From Magallana gigas (lineage: Eukaryota): DNA of 64,000 bases. The notes under the pieces were generated by a model. The model had not been told where the DNA came from and did no database searches. It was given only the letters and a program-made list of their open reading frames with translations. The stretch lies in assembly GCF_963853765.1 (NCBI RefSeq), contig NC_088858.1:49848001-49912000 (forward strand). Direction: 5' to 3'. Positions 11,827 to 23,729 of this stretch are shown piece by piece. Position 1 is the stretch's first letter, and every line of letters begins with the position of its first letter. A program made the position numbers and the translations under genes.

Positions 11827-13042
11827 TAGTCTGTCCCAAAATATTTATGCAGCACATTTGGACGATTTTTAATAAAAATACACATACCTGTGAAAGAAGT
11901 GCAATTGAAATAGTTGAAAGGGATAATTTCCAAGATAATTTCATTGACACATATTTATCATCTTTCACAGGAACAAAAACAGATTCCTTACCAGGGGTTC
12001 AAATTTTTTTTTGGTGATGGTCAAGTCCAGGACTTAAAGAGTAAATTTTAGGCAAGTCCGAAGAAGAAATTCCCAAGTCCACATTGTCAAGATTGATAGT
12101 TAAAATTATATCGACCTAAATATCACTAAAACTAATGTTATAATTTATTTTAATTTGTTGCAATGAATAAAAACTATATGTTTGAAATTAAGTTTTATTT
12201 TATTCATTTTATCATTGTATTAAAGCCATGGCCTATCGTCAAGCCAGTGGCTTTTGGAATTCGCGAATTCTCTTCTTTTCATAAGTTTTGTCTAAGGAAT
12301 TATTATTTTTATCACACCTCGAGTCACCCCCGGCTTCATGTTCCTCACAGGGTCTTTCATTTGTCGTTTCTTTGCGTATATTACTGCTCGTAAATCCAAA
12401 ATTCAACAAACTTACTGCCGTTTGTCATAAGGGAGAAACATGAGAAAATGTGTAAAAGCAGGTCATACCGCAACGGAAAATAAAAAGACGGATTGTATTT
12501 TCGAAATGTTCGTAATGCTTATGTGTTCATTAATGCCAAAAAATAACACAGTTTTATTAAATCCATGATGGAATTTGATTTATTTTTAATTTTACGAACT
12601 TTTTTTTTAATTTAAAAAAAGATAAGCAAGCCACGATGCCAAGTCCCTGGACTTCGGCGATTCTAAATGCTGAGTCCGGATCCAGAATTTGTTAGTCCGG
12701 GACGTCGGGCTTGAGGAATTTTGAACCCCTGCTTATGGAGATTTATAATGGGGAATGTTTACATCTTTTCTCCATTTGGAATACACTCGGAATACATTGC
12801 GCAATTTTTCAAGGTTTTGGTTATCATCTGGGCTTGCTGCAATACAAATTCCCCGTAGACATCACATTTTTTAGCATTGTATTGAAACCTGATAAGCCAA
12901 TCGGGGCGTTTCGACTGAGAAATCTTGGAAATTTTTAATACATTTGAATGAACAACGTTTGAACCCTGAGGTATTTATAAATATCAACAATTATATCAGC
13001 AATTAAGCAAAATCTGAATTCAGGATATATTGGGACAGACTA
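11827..13042. mobile_element. Tc1/mariner-type MITE interrupted by a second element
   Basis: TA-tagtctgtccca ... tgggacagacta-TA termini. Related copies lie at ~3700-3910 (partial) and ~31626-32160 (inverted, uninterrupted). Confidence 0.8.
11992..12731. mobile_element. CAGGG-ended TIR element (hAT-like MITE) nested in the mariner MITE
   Basis: TIRs caggggttcaaa / tttgaacccctg; flanks cttac / cttat. Confidence 0.75.
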
Positions 13043-13178
13043 TATATGGTGACATCAACCCTACACTATGGCCAGAACCTCCGACACAGGGGCCATTGAA
13101 CTTTACAATTTTGGTTGAAGGCTTTATGGGCATCCAAATCTTGCATTTAGAGTATTTTTTTTCACCACGTTTGGGAGT

Positions 13179-14790
13179 GACTTACTTGACTTAAGCCTTT
13201 CTCACTCCCCTGTGGAGCATAGGCCACAGAAAATTCCTCTCCACTTCTCTCTGTCCTTTGCTAGTTGGTGGATGGTGTTCCAGCTGTGTCCTTTCTTGGC
13301 AGGGGTCCCACTGGACCAAAAATCCTTTTCGCCACTTTAGCGCGGCACGAACGACCTATGTTTTATTGCTATCATATTACATATACATGTGCATGTACAT
13401 GTTTATGTAAGTCTGTATGTTTTAGTTATTAATATTTTGAAATTTTTAAAATATGCATGTATTGACCAATTTTTTGTATGTACATATGCACTCTCCTCAT
13501 TGACATGTTTCCATTTGCATCACTAAATGATTTCCAAGATGTATGGTATCAATGCTTTTGAAAAGTTAAGATACTAAATTTCTACAGTTCTAAGTTTGAG
13601 ATAAAATTAAAACCAAACACTTTTTATATAAAGAAACAGATACAAAAATGACTTTATGGATTCATACACATACTAGATAAGAAAATGGAGTGAAAGCCAC
13701 AAAGACATTATTTCTTCTGTTCTAGACTAATTTAAAATTAACAAGCTACAAGTAAACAATCCCTTATTTTGACAAGCCTGATGAAAAAATAAAATATTCT
13801 GCTGGGTTTTATGTCAATAAGTTGCATACAAACTCACACAGCTTCAATAAAACGTTATTTTTTTTTATCAATGTGCATATTACAATAAATAAAATCCTTT
13901 GAAGAACTGCCCATATTTATCCCACTTTGGTGTGACTTTGAGAATAAATAAATATTTTTAGAAGGCAATTATGACGCTGTCTGTAAGTCAACTGAATTAC
14001 ATGAAAACTGTCATCACTTGCAGTACTCTGATTATTTCTATGGCTACCGGCTACATTGCATATAGTATTTCATAACTTCTAAACTTGGGAACAAATATTA
14101 TTTAAGTTTTTTGGCTTAAAATTTTAAACTTATGATATATTTCTTATTTTGTTTATAACTAAAGAAGTTTAGCAAGTTCAACAGTTTAATTAATTAGCCC
14201 CATTCTCAGATTACGATCTCGCACCTTTAGGGCTTAATGTGAAAATAGTTGACTTCAGTAAGACACTTATTGTTAAACAATTGACCACTTCCAAGTGTTA
14301 CATAACAATTGATGGTCTGAAGCCATAAATAACCTGGGGCTAATATATGGTCAGAGCTGTGTGCACTGAAGCGATGCGAGATTTCCGGTTGCACGTGGTG
14401 ATTGAATTAACACAGACTGACCGAATAAACAAACTGGTGGGAAAAAGAAACACATTTTAAAACTTTAAAAGGAGTCACAAAAATTGATTTTCGCCACATT
14501 TGGATTTCTTTTCGCCACTTTAGAAAAAAATTCGCCATTGGCGAAATTGGCGAAGCCCAGCTCGAGCCCTGTTTCTTGGCCATTTCTTTTTCAAGAACTC
14601 TTCTCCAGGTTAGTCTTAGTCTTCCCCTTTTCCTCTTCCCTTGTGATGTCCATTGGAGGGCTTGACAGGTGATGTTAGATCTGCCTTTACTTAATGTATG
14701 AACAATCCATTTCCATTTTCCCTTTTTAATTTCTTGTGAAATTTGGATAGTTCTTCTCCAAAGGTCTTCATTTGTTAAAAATGTGCAATA
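13179..14790 (-). mobile_element. 5'-truncated RTE-clade LINE fragment (ORF2 C-terminus and tail), split by a hAT element
   Basis: The minus-strand ORF reads WKWIVHTLSKG.SNITCQALQWTSQGKRKRGR.RLTWRR.LEKEM and continues after the insertion as GHSWNTIHQLAKDREKWR, typical of the RTE ORF2 C-terminus. The tail is taagtcaagtaagtc. Confidence 0.8.
13300..14571. mobile_element. Non-autonomous hAT element, copy A (1272 bp)
   Basis: CAGGG...CCCTG termini; perfect 8-bp TSD tttcttgg at 13292-13299 and 14572-14579. Confidence 0.92.
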
Positions 14791-15107
14791 TTCAATTTGT
14801 CTGCACAACATGATGTGTAATAGGAATGACAACATTAACATAAGTAATAAGATAAGCATTCAATGCTTAAATATTATGTATGTGAACTAGTATTTGTTTT
14901 ACAGAATTATTACATGTATCGGTAATAGCAAACAGCTTTAGATCATTTATAATGCATCAGAGTTATTGACATTTAAGTTATTCATTATCAAAATTGTTTT
15001 ATTTTATTTTAGGCCAATTAATTAACAGCTACGCTGAACTAAGTTATAAATCTTTTGTTAATCATTATATTTTATTTTAGGCCAACAGAAATGCTGAACT
15101 ATAAGTT

Positions 15108-18100
15108 ATGAATCTTTTGTCATGTTGCCCAAAGGGTTCTCTGCATTCCTGGACAATAACATCATGTAGAGTATTGGCTATAAGGTAAAATTTAATGCTA
15201 CTGAAATCACTCTAATATTTAATTCATGTTTTAAATAACTTTAAGAAAACACTTAAAAACGCTCTTTGCAGGTACAACTCATCTGCCCAATCAAAAACAC
15301 ATTATCAAACACTGGGGGTGCCACGCACGGCCAGTGTAAAAGAGATCAAAGCTGCATACATAGAATTATGTAAAAAGGTATGGACATGAGAGAGTTTATT
15401 AGCATCTGATTTTCTGTGATTAAATTTTTACCTGCTACTGTGGATTCAATTAAAATAATTCATAGCGAACCAATTTTGAAGTTTGTAAATATTTTAAGTT
15501 TTTGTAAGTTTTGTTTTGATGTTATTTCGTAAAGGACTACTGTGGTCTCATTAATATTCATTAATATTCAAGGGTATCAAAATCACAGTTTCAAGGATAC
15601 GTAAATTCGTGGCCAATGACCCTATCAATACAAAATGTTAATAGAAATTGCATTTCAATGAACATTTAATTTCATGCGTTAACTTAACAATGAAATCCAC
15701 GAAAATTGGTATTCAATGAATATTGATGAAACCACAGTATATATGATATGGGCCTGAAATTGTCACCTAAGATGAACATCACCATTTTACTGTAATTATT
15801 TGTTTACTTTGTACAGATACCATATACATGATGTTTTTCCATAATTTTCATTTTGATTCAAGTGCCCACAACTTAGAAAGATGACATCGTAAAGATAACC
15901 TTTTCCCACCACTTTTGCATTTTTAGCATAAAATGGGTTGTTTTCAAGCAGTATTTCTTTCAGAAAACATAGAGCGCATCCTTGAACAAACAAAATATTT
16001 TAATCAGAGATGTATCTTGCCAAGATAAGTAACAAAAACTTTTCCTTGTTCAAAGTGTAGCTCTATATTTCCCATAAGTATAAAAATAAGAAAAATGTTA
16101 ATTTTTGAATGATTTTGATTGAATTATAGAAATAGCAACACTTCTGATGTCACATACTGCCAATGAGTGCAATTAAATCAAATAAAAAGGTGAAAAATAT
16201 ACTTCATGATAACTCTTCTAAAAAATAACCTAACAATATATTGTACCTGAAACATTTAAAAAATAGCTACCGGTAATTATGGGGGCCAAATTTGACTCGT
16301 ATCATATATCTTCGCTTCTGTGTTTATTAAATTAAAATATTGATGTATAATTTTTTTGGCGACATTAATCATGGTCATGGGGTATGCTGCAGATTCCTTA
16401 TTTTACACAAGTACTTTATTTTGCCATTCCATTGTTTTTTGTCAAATTGCAAGCACTGAATTTCCCGTATAAATTAATTCATGTAAAATTTAATTGAAAA
16501 CAGTCAGAAAAATAAAAGGGAGATGTTGAAACTCTAAGGAATGCTTGTTATGAATTTACACTGATACTTTCTATAGATTCCTTGTGTTTAACTTAAGTAA
16601 TCTACAGTATCAGTTAAATCAATGGTTCCACAGTTTTTAGCTCACCTGAGCTGAAAGAGCAAGTGAGCTTTTCTGATCAAAATTTGTCCATTGTCTGTCG
16701 TTGGCGTTGTCATTGTCGTTGTCTTTGTAAACTTTTCACATTTACATCTTCTTCTCCAGAACCACTGAGCAGATTTCAACCAAACTTGGCACAAACCATC
16801 CTTGGGCGAAGTGCTTTCAAATTGTTCAAATTAACAGCCAGGTCCCTTTTAAAGGGGAGGTAATTTAGACTTATTGAAAATTAGTCGGTATTTTTCAAAA
16901 ATCCTTTTCTCAAAACTATTAGGCCAGAAAAGCTGTAACTTGTATGGAAGCATCCTCAGGTAGTGTAGATTCAAATTTGTTCAAATCATCATTCCAGTGG
17001 GTATGGTGGGGCCACAATGGGGGGATGAATTTTTACAGAGAAATATATTGAGAAAATCTTTAAAAATCTTCTTCTTGATAACTACTTTAGGCCAGAAAAG
17101 CTGTAACTTGTAGCAGGGCTCGAGCTGGGCTTCGCCAATTTCGCCAATGGCGAATTTTTTTCTAAAGTGGCGAAAAGAAATCCAAATGTGGCGAAAATCA
17201 ATTTTTGTGACTCCTTTTAAAGTTTTAAAATGTGTTTCTTTTTCCCACCAGTTTGTTTATTCGGTCAGTCTGTGTTAATTCAATCACCACGTGCAACCGG
17301 AAATCTCGCATCGCTTCAGTGCACACAGCTCTGACCATATATTAGCCCCAGGTTATTTATGGCTTCAGACCATCAATTGTTATGTAACACTTGGAAGTGG
17401 TCAATTGTTTAACAATAAGTGTCTTACTGAAGTCAACTATTTTCACATTAAGCCCTAAAGGTGCGAGATCGTAATCTGAGAATGGGGCTAATTAATTAAA
17501 CTGTTGAACTTGCTAAACTTCTTTAGTTATAAACAAAATAAGAAATATATCATAAGTTTAAAATTTTAAGCCAAAAAACTTAAATAATATTTGTTCCCAA
17601 GTTTAGAAGTTATGAAATACTATATGCAATGTAGCCGGTAGCCATAGAAATAATCAGAGTACTGCAAGTGATGACAGTTTTCATGTAATTCAGTTGACTT
17701 ACAGACAGCGTCATAATTGCCTTCTAAAAATATTTATTTATTCTCAAAGTCACACCAAAGTGGGATAAATATGGGCAGTTCTTCAAAGGATTTTATTTAT
17801 TGTAATATGCACATTGATAAAAAAAAATAACGTTTTATTGAAGCTGTGTGAGTTTGTATGCAACTTATTGACATAAAACCCAGCAGAATATTTTATTTTT
17901 TCATCAGGCTTGTCAAAATAAGGGATTGTTTACTTGTAGCTTGTTAATTTTAAATTAGTCTAGAACAGAAGAAATAATGTCTTTGTGGCTTTCACTCCAT
18001 TTTCTTATCTAGTATGTGTATGAATCCATAAAGTCATTTTTGTATCTGTTTCTTTATATAAAAAGTGTTTGGTTTTAATTTTATCTCAAACTTAGAACTG

Positions 18101-20913
18101 TAGAAATTTAGTATCTTAACTTTTCAAAAGCATTGATACCATACATCTTGGAAATCATTTAGTGATGCAAATGGAAACATGTCAATGAGGAGAGTGCATA
18201 TGTACATACAAAAAATTGGTCAATACATGCATATTTTAAAAATTTCAAAATATTAATAACTAAAACATACAGACTTACATAAACATGTACATGCACATGT
18301 ATATGTAATATGATAGCAATAAAACATAGGTCGTTCGTGCCGCGCTAAAGTGGCGAAAAGGATTTTTGGTCCAGTGGGACCCCTGACTTGTAGGAAGCAT
18401 CCTCAGGTAGTGTAGATTCAAGTTTGTTCAAATCATGGTCCCTGGGCGTATGGTGGGGTCACAATGGGGGGATGAATTTTTACAGAGAAATATATTGAGA
18501 AATCTTTAAAAATCTTCTTCTTAATAACCATTAGGCCAGAAGCTCAAACTCCTCAGATAGTGTAGATTTAAGTTTGTTTAAATCATGGTCCTCAGGAGTA
18601 GGGTGGGGTCACAATGGGGGAGATGCATTTTTACAGAGGAATATATAGAGAAAATCTTTAAAAAATATTCTGGGAAAGTTTTCAGTTCAAAAAGCAGTAA
18701 CTTGTGTGAAAGCACAGGTTGTGCTGATTAAAGTTTGATGAAACCATGATTCCATAGAGAAATTGGGGCCACAAAGCTGGGTGGGTGGGGGTTATATAGG
18801 AAAAGAGAAAAATCTTCTTACAGGTACAACAAGAAAAAGGGCTTGGTATTTACCATATAAATATGTGAATAAAAATTGGCAGATTTTAAATTTTTTTTGA
18901 GCAAGATCTACTGTACTTAGTTAAGGTATTTTGATTTTGAATTTTTGATACTGTAATGCTAATTTGATCAGAGTTAAAGCTATTGTTGCGGGGGTGAGCA
19001 ATGTGGCCCTTGGGCCTCTTGTGTGCATTTTGTCAGTTACTGTAAAAGTGGTTATTTACACTGGTGGTAAAGTACACGTTTTCAGGAGTCAAACAATTTG
19101 CGCTTGTATTAAATTTACAGTGTATGATTTACCAAACACATGTGACATGCTTGAATTTTTCTACCATACATGTGGGGGTAATTAACACGGTTTCAAGCTT
19201 ACCATGTAACATGTGTAAATTCCCCCATGCGTAAATAACCACTTTTACAGTACCATATTTCTGATGCTTTAAAATTTTTATGTATTAAAAAACAAAATCA
19301 CCAATTATCATATCTTTCTTTTGCCAGCATCATCCTGATGCTAATCCAAATGATCCACAAGCTCAACAAAGATTTGTGAAACTTCAAGAAGCTTATAATG
19401 TACTAAGTAGCCCTGTAGAAAGAGCATGCTATGATGTGAAGATGAACAGGGCCTCATATAAGACTCCGTAAGTTTTGTGGTTTGAAAAAGAAATGTCAGG
19501 ACAGACAGGTACATGTAAAATGATCTTGATTGCAAAAGCCTTTGATTTCACGGAATTCATGAATAAAGAAGAAGGTACGGTTTCTTTAAATATTTGCCCT
19601 AAAATTACAAAGTTGTTTAAATCTCATGAAAATATGCACACAATATCTTTAATACATGTGTATATAAAGTACCATGCTATACACCTTTATTCTGATTTCA
19701 AAAAAGGATAATGACTTCAACATTTTGTCATATTTCTAAAATGTAGTAAAAAATGATGAAAAGTAGCACATTTTCTCATAGTTTTGAAGAGGAAAATGTG
19801 TGATATCACATAATATAGTTATAATGTGAGTTTCATCTTGGGCGACGGCTGCAGACATAGTTTTCTATTCAAATAACCATTGAAAAATTGGTGACGTCTG
19901 CTTAGTTTTAAAAAAAATACGGGAAAATATACCGGTACTTTTAATGACTTCACAATTACCATTGTGAAAGTCTAATCAGGTAACTAATTAGATTCTTAAT
20001 CTATGGGTATTCATGTGTAAATAAATGCTACATTTCAATTTTTCGTAATACATGTATTTAAAAAAATTATTTAAGAACAGGGCAAAATATGAGTGAAACT
20101 GTACTTTGTTCTTTGTTTGACATGTAAAAAATGGAAAGTATAGTAGTATATCTAAAACTTCAATTTCTGAATCACTACTAATTTCCTTTCTTTCGTACCA
20201 ATTTTTTACATACCCCAAAAAAAAGGGGAGGGGGGGCAACTCCATGATAATTCAATTTTTTATATTTTAATTTTAAAAAAAATTAGTTGCTGCGAAAAAA
20301 AACGGGTGGGGTCAGGCCCCCCAGATGCTACATGCCTGTAGATAGGGGGTTTATATTTTTTTGATATAAGAAATATATAATGTCAGATGCCTGGGATTGG
20401 TACATACCCCTGGTGAATTTATATCAAATACATCTCTTAACCATAAAGTTGTGTATATAAAAAGTACAACATGCTCATTCTGTGTAGATAAATGATAAAT
20501 ATCTGCAATTGAAAAAATTATCCAGAAACTATGGATCAGCTAGATCTTCCGACGCTGACTTCATTAGAAAATACTACCAGGAAAAAGCCAGAGAACATCA
20601 AAGACAAAAAGATATGGAGGACTGGAGATATCGAACTGGAAAGTATAGAGATCATGAGATGGATGAAGCCATACGAAAAGAGAATGAACGACAACGCCAG
20701 GCCTTTCAAAATATATTTCAGTCTGGAGCTGGTAGAAATCTGCGAAATGATCGGTATTGGAGTGGACGGTATCAGTATCATTATTATCACTCCAGTCACC
20801 CCGTTGGAAAATTAAGGCAGATGATGTTCTATCTTATACTTTGGACATGTATTTTTTCTTTGATTGGAACTCGTCATTGGTATGTTGTACTGCTAAATTT
20901 ATTACATATCTAA
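15108..20913 (+). CDS. J-protein paralog 3 (type III, presequence, C-terminal TM). Exons 15108-15184, 15272-15377, 19328-19467, 20526-20879 (read-through stop at 20913)
   Basis: MNLLSCCPKGSLHSWTITSCRVLAIR|[35 protein letters not shown]|[36 protein letters not shown]...|NYGSARSSDADFIRKYYQE...MMFYLILWTCIFSLIG. Splice sites and phases are homologous to paralog 2. Confidence 0.85.
15540..15737. mobile_element. Tc1/mariner-type MITE
   Basis: TA-ctgtgg ... ccacag-TA termini. Confidence 0.65.
16637..19022. mobile_element. Helentron-derived non-autonomous element (HINE) with Cg170-like ~166-bp satellite monomers, interrupted by hAT copy B
   Basis: Starts ttttagctcacctgagctgaaag..gtgagcttttctgatc and ends gtgagcaatgtggcccttgggcctcttgt. 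Internal repeats ggccagaaaagctg..gaagcatcctcaggtagtgtagattcaagtttgttcaaatcat..ggggccacaatggggg resemble the oyster Cg170 satellite as recalled from memory. Confidence 0.8.
17114..18385. mobile_element. Non-autonomous hAT element, copy B (1272 bp), inverted relative to copy A
   Basis: Reverse complement of 13300-14571 at every position checked; has its own 8-bp TSD acttgtag at 17106-17113 and 18386-18393. Confidence 0.92.
19040..19250. mobile_element. Tc1/mariner-type MITE
   Basis: TA-ctgtaaaagtggttattt ... aaataaccacttttacag-TA. Confidence 0.8.
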
Positions 20914-21416
20914 GAAATCTTGCCCTTTAATGTTTCAGCATTAGATGTTCTTTTTATATATATACATGTATATATATTAATTATATTTGTAGAAAAAGTT
21001 ATTTAAAAAAAAACAAAACTTTAGATATTATTTTAAGTACATGTATGTACGAGAGTTGTTCAGAAATTATTGAGACAATCAATATATTTTTCTTTCTAAG
21101 TTACAGACATTAGTGAAAATTGGCATAGACATTAAAAAAACCCTAAGAAATAATTGAACAAAGTAATATGAAATATTTAGTACCGGTATTTTGTTTTTGA
21201 TGGTACATAAACTAGTTAATGGTCAGGGTACCTGGCACAGACATTAACTCAGCAATTAAAAAACTTCAACCTCTACTTACTAAGTGTCTCTAGACCTAAA
21301 AGTGATAATAAAATAAATCAAGTTATAGAGATATTCTCATATTGCTTTTTATTGTGACTGATCTTTATTCAAATTTCTTTGTGTTTGAGTTGATATACAG
21401 AAATAGAATAAGTAAA

Positions 21417-21594
21417 CAGTTAAACTTTGATATCTCGAACACTGATATCTTGAATACAGTGGATATGTCGAAGTGATTTGTATGTCCCAACCTCTTATTT
21501 TTAAGTATTTTACTATCAATAATTATCTCAAATACTCAGATATCTCAAACTATTTAAACAGTCCCATCTAGTTCGAGATAACGAAGTTTGACTG
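21417..21594. mobile_element. Mariner-type MITE, inverted copy of 5054-5229
   Basis: cagttaaac ... gtttgactg ends and a shared internal sequence. Confidence 0.6.
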
Positions 21595-22073
21595 CATGTA
21601 TTTAACAAGCCATAAAATGTCTGACTATGCCGGCATATCGACTTTTGATGCCAAAGCTGCACAATGAGTGTATATAAAAATGGGTAAGAATCTCGGAAGA
21701 AAAAAATTTCAGTCCAAGAAACTGCTTATTAATGAACAAAAAATATGCTCTTGAAAGGGATCAAGTGCTTCAGTTTATCAGGCTTTTTGACTGATGTAAT
21801 AACAAGAACTTGTAACACATCACTGATGTTAAATATGTACATAATGACATAACTGACGCTTAATTAACAGTTATTTAACTTTTGTGTAGCAAAATCTCAA
21901 GTTTTGTTCAGTAAAAAATCAAGAATGGAGAGATAATGTAAATGTTTACTTCCTAAAAGGAAAACAATAAATGAGAAATAAAGAATATTTCATGTTTTCT
22001 ATTGATTTGAAAGATATTTAAAATATAATAAGCTTGGGCAAGTTTGTCAGCTGACCAAAGATAATCATATAAT

Positions 22074-22305
22074 GTCATGGACTAGAAAATTTTAACATTT
22101 ATAAATTTATTTTGATTTACTTTCTGGTGAATTTTCAAGGGTTTAACTATTTTTTCAAAGGAATAAGACGAAATGTCTCAATAATTTTCATCATGGACTA
22201 AAAAACTTTTAACATTTATAAATTTTATTTTAATTTACTCTCTGGTGAATTTTCAAAGGTTAAACTATTTTTTCAAAGGAATAAGACTAAATGTCTCAAT
22301 AATTT
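22074..22305. repeat. Two tandem copies of a ~119-bp unit
   Basis: catggacta..aaaattttaacatttataaattt..ctggtgaattttcaa..ggaataagac.aaatgtctcaataatttt occurs twice. Confidence 0.8.
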
Positions 22306-22568
22306 TCCAACAGTTCTCATATTTTGGGACATTCAGGCATTTTGACAGTTCAACTGTTTTAAAAAAACTTTTCATAAGTTTGTATAGTTAAGGGAGATGG
22401 GCGGCCATCTTGTACATTTGAGAATAAAAATGTAAACATTGAACTGGCTTGTTTCTGCTCAAAACTGTTGTCTAAAGATGAAAAAGCAATAAATATGAGG
22501 TTCTACATGTTGTTTTGTATGCAAATTATGCATTTAATTAAGAAAAGAACAATGTTTTTTTAATCACT

Positions 22569-23262
22569 TACAGCGAATTACAGAATACCGGTAGAATTTT
22601 CAATAGCTTGTTGATTTGCTAAATAGGGTATTCAATTTGGTCAGCAAGGTATCACATTAGGTTTAAATCTAGGTCATGTGATTACTCAGGTATGACAGCG
22701 ATAAAGTGAGTTAATCTAGTAAACATTTGCACTTTTGGGCCTTTTTTGTTTCTCCCTGTTGTCCTACATTACTGCTATAAAAGTCTTAACTAATTAAGCA
22801 GTCACAGCACAAAAATACTCTTAGTGCTGTATGTTGCACCAGGAATTGGGGAACCAAAATGTCTAATGATTTTTTGCAGGAAAAAAATATCTCTGTAATT
22901 CTTAAAGTTATGCTTTTCTCTTTTGTTTGTTTCTTCAGAAATGTCTTTTGAATTACATTTTTCTGAAAAACAAAATTCAAATTACTCCAAGCAGAATTGA
23001 TGCTCTATAGAATCCAGTGCTGTTCAGGTGAACATTCTTTTTAAAGGTCTATGAATAGAATAGCTAACAATAGGAGAGAGTGTTCTAGAGGTTTTCTTTG
23101 TGCCAAATGAATGGGTTGAGTGCAAAATAGCAAACTACACTTGGGTAACCACAGGACCTAGATTTAAACCTGATGTGATACCTTGCTGACCAAATTGAAT
23201 ACCCTATTGAGCAATCCAAAAAGCTATTGAAAACTCTACTGGTATTCTGTAATTCGCTGTAA
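22569..23262. mobile_element. MITE with ~125-bp terminal inverted repeats
   Basis: ttacagcgaattacagaatacc...ggtttaaatctaggtc (22569-22690) is the reverse complement of 23140-23262. Confidence 0.75.
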
Positions 23263-23270
23263 AACAGCTG

Positions 23271-23697
23271 TAGAACTGCGCAGCTGCAGACATATTTTGA
23301 CGATTTAAAAATCTGAGAAAGTAACAGAGGGGTTAATTGGTGTCGTTTCTACAACCATTTGTTGAGGAAAAGGTTGAATTTTGCACATTACGGGGGAATG
23401 TCCCTCTGATAAGAGAGATAACTTCTGTAGAAAATACCGGTAATATCACAATGTTTCTGTTAACACACATTTATTGAGGCATGTAACAACAAGGGAAGTG
23501 GTGCTGGGTCCCAATTAATGTTGGAAGGCGATACACTTATTTAAATTCAAATATAGAAAGAGAAAATTTGAACGGAACGAATTGAACTCCAGGGATCTTT
23601 TGAAGCAGGGGGCAAAAAAGTAAAGAAAACTTTTACAAAATATTACAAAAAAAGTATCATAATAATAAAGTATTTATGAGGCAATATCCACATGACT

Positions 23698-23729
<32 letters not shown>

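Noticed and set aside
14407-14859. 150-aa ORF as an intact gene
   Set aside because: It is a chimera of an RTE fragment and hAT sequence.
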